From NCBI GenBank assembly GCA_038217285.1, contig JBBQPO010000022.1, positions 1 through 34,790 on the forward strand: a stretch of DNA of 34,790 bases, in the 5' to 3' direction. The translations under genes and the position numbers were made by a program. Below are positions 26,869 through 34,790 of this stretch, in pieces. The notes below the pieces were generated by a model, which made no database searches, had not been told where the DNA came from, and saw only the letters and a list, made by a program, of their open reading frames with translations. Each line of letters opens with the position of its first letter. Position 1 is the stretch's first letter. The DNA comes from Chthonomonadales bacterium (lineage in GTDB: Bacteria; Armatimonadota; Chthonomonadetes; Chthonomonadales; Chthonomonadaceae).

Positions 26869-29800
26869 TTATACCTCATTTTGTGAATCGATTTGCACAA
26901 GACATTCGTGGACAATGCGCGATGTTTTGTGGTCGGGGCCGTAAAAATGGAGATAGATTTCCCGAGCCTGCCAATAGTGTGCCCTGGCGGCGGCGCGCTG
27001 CTCCAGCTTCTCTTCCGCCCGGCCGATGTAGTAGTAGCAGGACGCGACATCCGGGTGACAGGCTTCGTAGGTTGCCAGATTGATCTCCAGGGCCTGAAGG
27101 TGCAGATTCAGAGCGTCTGCAGCGTTTCCCTGCGCCAGGGTCACGCGGCCGATATTGTTCATCCGGATAGCCGTTTTCGGATGTTTGGCTCCGAAAAGCT
27201 CCTGATCGATCTCCAGGGCGCGCTCCATATTGGCGCGTGCGGAAGCGAGGTTTCCAAACGCTTCGTGCAGCGTCCCAATGTTATTGGCGATGCTGGCGTA
27301 GGTGGCGCTGTTCCTGTGTGGGCAGAGGAATAGCGCCCTTCCATAGTGCGTCAGCGCTTCCTCCAGTTCGCCGCTATATTTAAGGATATAGCCTATATCG
27401 TTGTAATAGTCCGCGAGTTGGGGTGCGTCCGATTCCCAGAGCGTCTCTGCGATGCCGAGCGCCGCGCGTCCCTTCTCCAGAGCCGCCGCCGAATCGCCCC
27501 GATGCAGGACTGTAAGCGCCAGATGCATTGTCACGCGCGCGGTCCGCTCACTGACCGCGCCATCTCGCTCCTGGAACATCTGCAGACAGCGTTCATAGCA
27601 GTCCTGCGACGTCGCCAAATCGGCGTGCTCGAACATATAGCCGCCGATCTCAAACAGCAGATCACAGAGGGTTTTGCGGAGATCGTATCTTTCGCAGAGT
27701 TCTGCTGCCGCGCGGCAGTGGTCTATCTCCCCACGCACTTCCTGCCAGTCCAGACGCTCATTCGCCAAGAGTAATCGCTGCGTCAGGAGGTGTGCAGTCC
27801 GCTCGATATGTCCGTTCCGGCTTCCTCCCGCCTGATCCAGAGCGAACTCCCGCACCAGTTCATGCAGGTCGATCCATCGGTCATCATGCCGAGTGATCAG
27901 GCAGTAGGCTTCCAGGTCCGCCAGCGCCTCGGTGAACGCCATGCGCGCGGTCAGACCGGACGCTTGCTGCAGCACGTCGAGAGAGATTCCCTGTGCGGCA
28001 AAGCAGGAGGCGGTCTGCAGAAGGTGCGCGGCGGTGGCATCGAGCTCCTGATAAGAGAGATTCAGGGTATCGAAGAGGCTGCCGTCGTGACCGGTCATAT
28101 TGAAAAAGCGTTTGCGGGCCTGCGCCAGCGTCTCCAGGGGATCGGCGGTCAGACGCTCCCGATACTCCACAAAGCTGCCATGCCGCTGCACATGATGGGC
28201 TACCAGCGCCAGGGCGAGCGGCAGGCCGCCGGTCCGGGCGACGATCGCGCGGGCCGCCGCCTGCTCTTCCGGACTCTCCGCCACCCGGCGTGTCTGGAGA
28301 AGCTGCAGCGCGGCGTCCTCCTCCAGAGCCGCCACCTCGACCCTGTGAAAGCGGGGATACGCCAGATACCCTTCCCGGGTCGTCGCCACAATCCGGCAGG
28401 AACCGACCGTCGGAAGCAGCGAGAAATCTGTCCGGCCTGTCAGATTATTGAAGATCAACAGCGCAGGGTCCAACAACTTCTGCAGATGATCCCTCACCTG
28501 TTCCGCAGGATTATCGATCCCCGGCGGTATCTGAAAAAACCGGATCAGGCCGGCATATCCGGCAAGGACGGAGGTGTTGTCGGCGGCCTCCAGCCAGAAG
28601 ACCCCTCCCGGATAGTCCGCCAGAGAACGATGCGCGTACTCCAGCGCCAGTTGCGTCTTCCCTATCCCTGTCATCCCCACCAGGGCGACCGGCCTGCTCT
28701 CCGAGGCCTGGAGCAAACCCCGAATCCTCCCCATCGCTCCTTCCCTGCCCACGAAGTCGGGGTTGGGCGGGTAAGGCAGATTGGTCGGTGTCGGGGTTTC
28801 GATGTCCAGCAGTCGGGAGATGTCTCCGGCCAGGAAGAGCGCCGGCGTTCCCCAGTCCGCCGCCGTACCACTGAGGCACTGACGGGCCTGGCACAGGGCT
28901 TCCTCCAGCGGAGCAGAAGCCACGAGCGCCCCGTAGAACGTGCGGGAAAAGAGCACGGCGACCTTGTCGCGCCAGGGAAGCTGCATCGCGACTGCGGCCG
29001 GAATGCCCTTCTGCACGAGAGCAGCCCCCAGCGCCGCCGTGTGGCAGGCCGATAGGACTACCAGACGGCAAGCCGGATAGGAGAGCCAGGCCCCAAGCGT
29101 CTCTGCGGACACTTCCTTCTCCGTCTGTTTTTGATCTCCCTCCAGAATGAGCCGTCCTGCTCCCTGTCGGCTATCCCCATGACCGATAAAGTGAAGTACA
29201 TGGGGCTGCCAGGAGTCCAGCGCTTTCTCCAGACCGGAGGGGGTCGCATGAGATAACATCTGGGCCTTGATACGCCGACACTCCGGCGCTCCCTGGAGCA
29301 GCGCCAACATTCCGTTCGCCTCCTGCTCTGCCGAGGCCAGCGCCGGATAGGAGGGAGAACAGGGATCGGACCAGACGATCAGCACCCGCAGGGTATCACT
29401 CGGTACAGGCGAGACGGCGACCGGTGTAGGACTGCGGTGGATCAGATGGACGCGCGGGTTCAGACAGAGGTATCCCGGCGCTTCCTGAAGCGCCGGTGCA
29501 GCCTCCAGATAGAGGTACTCCCATGGCAGCGCCCCCAACACAGGATCGGCGATGGTCAGCCGTAGATGGATCGGCGCGGTCGGATCGGGGTGGCGCAGTA
29601 GCGCAGCGCAGAGGGGAGTCAGCACGTCGGGAGGCAGAAGCGTGGCGGTCAACTCCCGCCCCAGGGCCTCCAGCAGAGCGGTATCGACGCCGTGCTCGCC
29701 CTGGGTGTGCAACGGGCGCAGATAGAGCTTTTCCAAACGGCGCCGATCCGGATGCGGCACGATGGCCTCTCCCAACACCTTTCCGGTAGAGAGGGAGGTC

Positions 29801-29874
29801 AGAACGATGTGAACCTCCGACACCAATGCCACGGAGGCGGCTTCCAGCAGAAAGTCGTGCGCCGATGGAGACAA
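26869..29874 (-). CDS. CHAT (caspase-like, clan CD) protease - NB-ARC - TPR protein
   Basis: LPWEYL, LHFIGHG (His) and VVLSACHT (Cys) dyad, DWGTP; FVGRE, Walker A GMTGIGKT, GLPLAL, LHELVREFA; kinesin-light-chain-like TPRs (G.KHP.TA...NN.G). Confidence 0.92.
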   Translation of the reverse strand: MSPSAHDFLLEAASVALVSEVHIVLTSLSTGKVLGEAIVPHPDRRRLEKLYLRPLHTQGEHGVDTALLEALGRELTATLLPPDVLTPLCAALLRHPDPTAPIHLRLTIADPVLGALPWEYLYLEAAPALQEAPGYLCLNPRVHLIHRSPTPVAVSPVPSDTLRVLIVWSDPCSPSYPALASAEQEANGMLALLQGAPECRRIKAQMLSHATPSGLEKALDSWQPHVLHFIGHGDSRQGAGRLILEGDQKQTEKEVSAETLGAWLSYPACRLVVLSACHTAALGAALVQKGIPAAVAMQLPWRDKVAVLFSRTFYGALVASAPLEEALCQARQCLSGTAADWGTPALFLAGDISRLLDIETPTPTNLPYPPNPDFVGREGAMGRIRGLLQASESRPVALVGMTGIGKTQLALEYAHRSLADYPGGVFWLEAADNTSVLAGYAGLIRFFQIPPGIDNPAEQVRDHLQKLLDPALLIFNNLTGRTDFSLLPTVGSCRIVATTREGYLAYPRFHRVEVAALEEDAALQLLQTRRVAESPEEQAAARAIVARTGGLPLALALVAHHVQRHGSFVEYRERLTADPLETLAQARKRFFNMTGHDGSLFDTLNLSYQELDATAAHLLQTASCFAAQGISLDVLQQASGLTARMAFTEALADLEAYCLITRHDDRWIDLHELVREFALDQAGGSRNGHIERTAHLLTQRLLLANERLDWQEVRGEIDHCRAAAELCERYDLRKTLCDLLFEIGGYMFEHADLATSQDCYERCLQMFQERDGAVSERTARVTMHLALTVLHRGDSAAALEKGRAALGIAETLWESDAPQLADYYNDIGYILKYSGELEEALTHYGRALFLCPHRNSATYASIANNIGTLHEAFGNLASARANMERALEIDQELFGAKHPKTAIRMNNIGRVTLAQGNAADALNLHLQALEINLATYEACHPDVASCYYYIGRAEEKLEQRAAARAHYWQAREIYLHFYGPDHKTSRIVHECLVQIDSQNEV

Positions 29875-29913
29875 GGATGGTTCCGCCTTCTACGATGGGT
29901 GGTTGGGCGTCGG

Positions 29914-31281
29914 TCAGGACACGTTGGGACTACCGGCTTCCGAAGGAGCCAGACGCGCCCGCAGCAGAGTCAGGGATGCCAGGGCGCCATCCGTGCGTCC
30001 AGGGCAAGAGATAGACAGCGTGCGCGCCGCCTCCCCCCAATCGTCTATCGGCCAGGAATCCAGGTGCTGCCACTCCTGCGGGGCGACAGCAATATCCAGC
30101 AGCAGACGGTAGCCTTCCGCATACGCGCTCCGCGTGATCGCTGGCAGGCGCACAGCGATCTGCAGGCGTCCGTTTACCGCGTGCGGAGGCGGTCCTACCA
30201 CTTCGAGCAGTGCAGGCGGAAGGGAACTCTCGCGGCCCTGTATGGTGAGAATATTCGCCGCAAGCAGCCCAACGACCTCCTCGTTCTCTGTGGGCGGCTC
30301 TGCTGAGGCGATCAGAAACCCCTCTGCAAGCAGACTTTGGGAGAAGCGTCGGAGAGACGGAACGGGCAGCGTGAACCGTTCGGGCGGTCCCAACAGGACG
30401 ACCAGTCCACGAGCCGGGAAGGCAGAGGCTTGCGGCCCGATCCCCACACCGATCTCGGATACCGTCCAGGAAACCTGCTCTCCTGTCAGTGTGGACGAGG
30501 CGCAGAGAAAGATTTCGCCTCCTGCCGGCAGCGCCAGATACGCGGTCCATCCGGAAAAGTCGGTTGCGGGCGTGTCCGCGAAACCAACGAATGTGGCCGA
30601 TACATGCAAGGTTCCGGCAGCGTCGATGCGGGTCTCTTGCAGTCGGCACTCCCCTGCCCATGGCCCGTATACGGATAGCGTTGCGGAACTATCGCGGGCA
30701 AGTGCGGGAAGAGGTCGTCGCAACTGCGTCTGCACCTGTGCTCCAAAGGCGAGGAGGGTGATCCAGAGTGCCTGCGCCTGTGCTCTGCCCCCCCTGGCCC
30801 GCCTCCTGATCTCCGCCCAGGAGTCCGTCCCGGGAGCGCTCGGGGCGATCTCTTCCGCGGCGAACGCTTGCAGCGGCTGCGACGCCAGCGATAGCCAGGC
30901 CTGAGCCGTCTCCGCCTCTCGGGAACTCTCCCCTCTGATCGCCGCCGTCTGGTTCGACGAGAGGGACCATTGGCTCCGAGAAGAGGCGGAAATGTTCTGT
31001 TCGATCACAGCCATTTCGAGCCAGGAGAGGCTCTGCAGACGATCAAGGAGGAGGCGAACCTCGCGGACAGCTCTGCGTGTCTCGGAGGACGCTGTCAGGG
31101 CCTGCTCCACCTGTCTTGCCTCCGTTGCGGGCAAGGCGTTGCAGAGATAGCGGACCAGAACGGAGGTGCTCGGAGCGGGGGGGCGAACGTTGCGCTGTGG
31201 CCCATGCTGCTTCAGAAAAGCTTCGATCAGAGCCTCGGTTCCGTCCGAAAGCGGGAGCGGGTCGATATCGCCGTCACTCAT
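29914..31281 (-). CDS. Hypothetical protein with anti-sigma-like N-terminus
   Basis: LVRYLCNALPATEARQVEQAL..S...RRAVREVR resembles a zinc-less anti-sigma domain; overlaps the sigma gene stop by 8 bp; GGAGG RBS. Confidence 0.6.
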   Translation of the reverse strand: MSDGDIDPLPLSDGTEALIEAFLKQHGPQRNVRPPAPSTSVLVRYLCNALPATEARQVEQALTASSETRRAVREVRLLLDRLQSLSWLEMAVIEQNISASSRSQWSLSSNQTAAIRGESSREAETAQAWLSLASQPLQAFAAEEIAPSAPGTDSWAEIRRRARGGRAQAQALWITLLAFGAQVQTQLRRPLPALARDSSATLSVYGPWAGECRLQETRIDAAGTLHVSATFVGFADTPATDFSGWTAYLALPAGGEIFLCASSTLTGEQVSWTVSEIGVGIGPQASAFPARGLVVLLGPPERFTLPVPSLRRFSQSLLAEGFLIASAEPPTENEEVVGLLAANILTIQGRESSLPPALLEVVGPPPHAVNGRLQIAVRLPAITRSAYAEGYRLLLDIAVAPQEWQHLDSWPIDDWGEAARTLSISCPGRTDGALASLTLLRARLAPSEAGSPNVS

Positions 31282-32455
31282 CGTAGCCTCCTCCGCTCTG
31301 ATCCCACCAGCACTTGACGAGCCGCTTCCGCAACTGACCGCCGCTCAGCCAGGTGTTCAGCATGTTGGTGTTGAGTTTGTAGGCGACCTGATCGGAGGCG
31401 GGCTGGATACGCTCATAGACATCGAAAAGCGGAAGCTCCTCACAGTACCAGTACTGGAATGCCATTCGCTTCCATAGGCCGGAGTCGCCCAGAATACTCT
31501 CGGCGTCTACCCGTTCGTCCTCCAAGCGTTCCAACAGATCCGTCATCACAGAGGTGAACGGCAGCGCGGCCTTGATCGCCGCGATCCTCTCTTGAATCTG
31601 CGCTTCGGTGTAGCCCCATTCTCGACACGGCGACTGCGTGAGAACGGCCGAGGCAGGCGCGTTGTCCCGATACCGCAACAGGATCAGGGCCACCAGTCCC
31701 CACGAGAGCTCTCCCAGCGCCGACTCTTCCGGTGGCAAGACGAGCGCTCGGCTCCACAGCCCGTTCAGAATGTCCGGAGATATCTGGTCCACGTCGATCC
31801 CAAATAGGCAGGCGAGCAGACGTTGGCGCTCCATACAGAGTTGATGGTATGCGAGCAGCCGGACAACCCCAGGATCTCGCACCCAGGCCAGCACCCGATC
31901 CGGCGTCATTTCCGGCTCCTCCGCCGGGGGGCAGCCAAGCAGTCTGGGGATCTCCGTAGACGAGAAGCCTTCCAGGTAGTACATCTGCGCCACCAGCAAC
32001 TGGCGTTCGTATGTGGCGGCGGAGAAGGAGGGATCCAGGCCCAGCCAGAAGGCATCTGCGTAGTGAAAAATCTCCCCCAACAGGATAGCCGTCTGCACCT
32101 GTTCTACAAAACCGCGCTCCGCGAAAGGCACGTCGAACGTATCAAAATCTTCCAGTGGGATCGTCGCAAAGCGACCTTTGCGGCGTAGGATATCGACAAA
32201 GCAGGTCTTTACCGTTCGGTATAACCAGGCTCTGCCGGCCTGTTCGTTCGGCCAGACATTGACGTCACTGAGTCGGGATAGTTTGACAAACGCGTCCTGC
32301 ACGGCATCTTCGGCATCCTGCGTGCCGGCCTGACATTTCGCGACCAGATAGCGCTCCAGAGGGGCGCGAAGAGACCGACAGAGAGCCTCAAGAGCCTCTG
32401 CTTTCGCATGATCTTCGGGCAGGGACAGTCTTTTCCAGGCAAGCGCTTCGTTCAC
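31274..32455 (-). CDS. ECF-type sigma factor with long C-terminal extension (393 aa)
   Basis: Region 2 (AEDAVQDAFVKL, RAWLYRTV....VDILRRK) and region 4-like YYLEGFSSTEIPRLLG; AAGGGG RBS before GTG. Confidence 0.8.
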   Translation of the reverse strand: MNEALAWKRLSLPEDHAKAEALEALCRSLRAPLERYLVAKCQAGTQDAEDAVQDAFVKLSRLSDVNVWPNEQAGRAWLYRTVKTCFVDILRRKGRFATIPLEDFDTFDVPFAERGFVEQVQTAILLGEIFHYADAFWLGLDPSFSAATYERQLLVAQMYYLEGFSSTEIPRLLGCPPAEEPEMTPDRVLAWVRDPGVVRLLAYHQLCMERQRLLACLFGIDVDQISPDILNGLWSRALVLPPEESALGELSWGLVALILLRYRDNAPASAVLTQSPCREWGYTEAQIQERIAAIKAALPFTSVMTDLLERLEDERVDAESILGDSGLWKRMAFQYWYCEELPLFDVYERIQPASDQVAYKLNTNMLNTWLSGGQLRKRLVKCWWDQSGGGYDE

Positions 32456-32476
32456 AACAACCCCTTTTTAACAAAC

Positions 32477-34291
32477 TTAGTTCTCAGGCACCTTTATGAA
32501 GCGGTCATTGAACAGATGCTCCAGAGCGCCTACGGCCAGATGCACGCCAAGATGGACAAGTGGCGACACCTGAAACCAGTGATTGAGCAGAAGTTCGCCG
32601 CGGGCCTCCGCCAGCCTGACAATCGCTGCCCGTTCCTGCTCTGTCAGCGCTGCATCCCTGGCTGCGATGGGATCGACCTTCATGAACTCCGTATCAGGGA
32701 ACCAGCCGGAGTTCGCCAGCTCTAGCGGCGTCAAGTTATGAGGCGGAATGCGCGTCGTTTGTGGAGAAGGCGCATCCTCGGCGAAGAGCGTCTGCACAAA
32801 CGCCTCGATCTCATCGGGCCTCTTGCCTACATCTGTGCAGTGATCCGTGAGCCACAACATCAGCCAATGCACCAGCCACTGCCGGGCTTCGTGTTGGCCG
32901 GTAATGAAGTCTGCTTCGCGGAAGTCCTTGCGAAGAAAACCCCCGAAGTGGCCTCCGAAGGCGCCGGCAAGTCGTTTGGAGGAGGTCAGCTCATGGGGGA
33001 TGCGCTGCAAGGTGATCGCGGTCTTGTCGTTCAGTCCGACCGCCTCCCTGATCTTTGTCTTCAGGGCTTCCGCAGCCTCTGCTGGCAGTCCCAGGGCGTC
33101 CAAATCGGCGAGGGCCGCATCCAGGGCGCGAATCTGATCGTTGGTCTGCGCGACCGTTTTGAAGTCGCCATAGAGGGCGCTGTTAAAGTAGGCGGAGAGG
33201 ATTTTGCCCAGCATTGCGGTCGGCAGCGTAGAGTGGGCGTGGGCGGTCGTGGGCATGGTGAGCGCCTGTTCCACATCTGCAGGCAGTTGCGGCTCGGGCT
33301 CGATGATGATGAAACTGCGTCCCACCTGCCCTGCGCTCTCCGCACTGTTCGGGTTCCGCGAGGGATACCGTTCGTTCAGGTCGTTCACCGCGTCGATGCA
33401 TTTGCCGATAGGCTCGTTGTTGAACAGCCCTCCATCAACGAACTGAAACGTGGCCTCACTCGGAAGCGCGGTCTGTTGTTGAAGGCCGGCCTGTCCACTC
33501 TTGTCCGGCAGGGTGCCGTCGATGACAGCCTGCCGGAACTTTACGTATTCGGGATACTGTTCGAGGTTCCGCTGCTGGCGCTGACTGGGAAAGGCGATGG
33601 GAAAGGCGCTGGAGGCACGGGCTGCGGCGACGGCGGCATCCCAGGTCGCTTCGGGAGCCGGAGCCTCGCCTGCTTGCGCGACCGGCAGGACCATGCGATC
33701 TGCGATCATGCGGATCGTGCTGCCTTCGATGAGGAAGGGAATGTAGTCCCGATAGTCGAGAGCGTACAGTTGGGTGTTGGTCTGAGCGTGATGTTCATCC
33801 TTGCGTTTGAAATCGATCACGAACGGAATCCCGTCCAGATTGGTCATGGTGATCCAGAGGGCAATGGGTTCCTGGGGCTGTGGCGGTGCAGGCGGCGGGA
33901 TCTGCAGCGCCTCATGGACGATCTTGTCTACCACCGCCCCTGTGAAAAGCGAGTCCTCCACCTCCTTTTTACCGGAAGGACCGAGGAGGTTGTGTATCTC
34001 CAGCAGGTCGATCCAACAGGCGCGCATCCGCGCTTCCAGCGTGTCCGGCGTGGCGCCAGAGCCGATGGCCTGTGCCAGTATCAGCCCTGTAATGGAGCCA
34101 GCCGAGGCGCCTGCGATGGCATCGATCCTCACCTGCGCCTTGCCTACAATGTCTTGATGCGCGTTAAATTCGGCAAGGTCGCGATAGAGTTGACAGAGTA
34201 CCCCGGCCTCATACGAACCAAGAGCGACGCCCCCGGAGATAGAAAGGCCAAAGCGGTGGGTGCGTATCAGGTTGGTCGAAACTTCGGTCAT
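32477..34291 (-). CDS. Patatin-like phospholipase
   Basis: Gly-rich GLSISGGVALGSYEAG, nucleophile elbow GASAG, ASSAFP and catalytic DGG; ATG 34291 with an AAGGGG RBS. Confidence 0.9.
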   Translation of the reverse strand: MTEVSTNLIRTHRFGLSISGGVALGSYEAGVLCQLYRDLAEFNAHQDIVGKAQVRIDAIAGASAGSITGLILAQAIGSGATPDTLEARMRACWIDLLEIHNLLGPSGKKEVEDSLFTGAVVDKIVHEALQIPPPAPPQPQEPIALWITMTNLDGIPFVIDFKRKDEHHAQTNTQLYALDYRDYIPFLIEGSTIRMIADRMVLPVAQAGEAPAPEATWDAAVAAARASSAFPIAFPSQRQQRNLEQYPEYVKFRQAVIDGTLPDKSGQAGLQQQTALPSEATFQFVDGGLFNNEPIGKCIDAVNDLNERYPSRNPNSAESAGQVGRSFIIIEPEPQLPADVEQALTMPTTAHAHSTLPTAMLGKILSAYFNSALYGDFKTVAQTNDQIRALDAALADLDALGLPAEAAEALKTKIREAVGLNDKTAITLQRIPHELTSSKRLAGAFGGHFGGFLRKDFREADFITGQHEARQWLVHWLMLWLTDHCTDVGKRPDEIEAFVQTLFAEDAPSPQTTRIPPHNLTPLELANSGWFPDTEFMKVDPIAARDAALTEQERAAIVRLAEARGELLLNHWFQVSPLVHLGVHLAVGALEHLFNDRFIKVPEN

Positions 34292-34399
34292 TGGATTCGC
34301 CCCTTGAAAATGTGTCGAGGTGGACATGCCCTCGGGTTGGCAGGAAAGCCGTTGTCGGATCCGGACGAAAAACGTCGGCAGCAAGCATTTCGACGTGCC

Positions 34400-34453
34400 G
34401 CATCGAATCTCCTATGCAGGGCATAGGAGATTCGACGCTGTCAGGCTGACAGC
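34400..34453. promoter_or_regulatory. Hairpin plus adjacent 17-bp palindrome upstream of patatin operon
   Basis: tcgaatctcctatgc-agg-gcataggagattcga (perfect 15-bp IR, 34403-34435) and gctgtcag-g-ctgacagc (34437-34453). Confidence 0.55.
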
Positions 34454-34790
34454 AGGAATCAACTCTATAATAGTTCAATTGTCTCCCGACGAATGTCGTC
34501 TTGCTGTAGGTTGGAATGGGGTACGCTGCAGGAGGGATAACATGTTTGTCGTGTGGGGTTCGCGATCGCGTCAGGAGGATGGAGGAGTCGTAGCGGACTG
34601 GTGCGACGCCTGTCACGCCCCCCATTTCCATCGGCTTGTCCACTACTATATTGACGTTTAGACTATTTTCTCCCGTCCGAGACGGCGCTCCCAGAAGATT
34701 TGAGATCGGAAACCCTAACTCTAATGAGATGCTAGGAATTAATGGCAGGTTGGGTATAGCCCGTTCGCTGATCCAAAGCGCCATTAATTC

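Noticed and set aside
26868-26873. TATAAT overlapping the CHAT stop codon as an internal promoter for the barrel gene
   Set aside because: No -35 at proper spacing and no extended TG; insufficient support.
27790-29055. 421-aa plus-strand ORF
   Set aside because: Antisense to the well-supported CHAT-NB-ARC gene.
26869-32455. Type III-E CRISPR (Craspase) locus
   Set aside because: CHAT and sigma are present, but no Cas7-11 or other cas gene and no repeat-spacer array occur in the window; only an analogy is claimed.
32738-34426. 562-aa plus-strand ORF
   Set aside because: Antisense shadow of patatin; no recognisable motifs.
34209-34784. 191-aa minus-strand ORF at the window end
   Set aside because: Runs through the hairpin/palindrome leader, overlaps the patatin start, has atypical composition and no motifs.

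Overview
GC-rich bacterial window; the gene repertoire suggests Armatimonadota (inference, not verified). No rRNA, tRNA, CRISPR array, transposase or integrase was seen. The left half (1-18100) looks like core genome: an S41 protease, a GNAT, a multiheme cytochrome-TPR protein, a Tat-exported Gfo/Idh/MocA oxidoreductase, a GT4, DUF2227, a DAG-kinase-family protein, PHP, an ArmA/Rmt-like 16S rRNA m7G1405 methyltransferase, a desaturase-like protein, a NUDIX hydrolase, a VOC protein, a REP/MITE-like structured element, and a six-gene uncharacterised membrane operon (DUF6754-like) behind a perfect TTGACA-N17-TATAAT promoter. The right half (~18300-34790) looks accessory and holds two STAND-NTPase/ECF-sigma modules. 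Module 1 is a SARP-NB-ARC-TPR regulator divergent from an ECF sigma, a mini zinc anti-sigma and a lipoprotein/small-protein pair, with a candidate shared ECF promoter motif TAA(G/C)A-N16-CG. Module 2 is the operon patatin -> extended ECF sigma -> anti-sigma-like protein -> CHAT(caspase-like)-NB-ARC-TPR -> secreted/beta-barrel protein. Module 2 is the best candidate for an undescribed protease-gated signalling or defence system. All family calls come from motif recognition by eye, not database searches.
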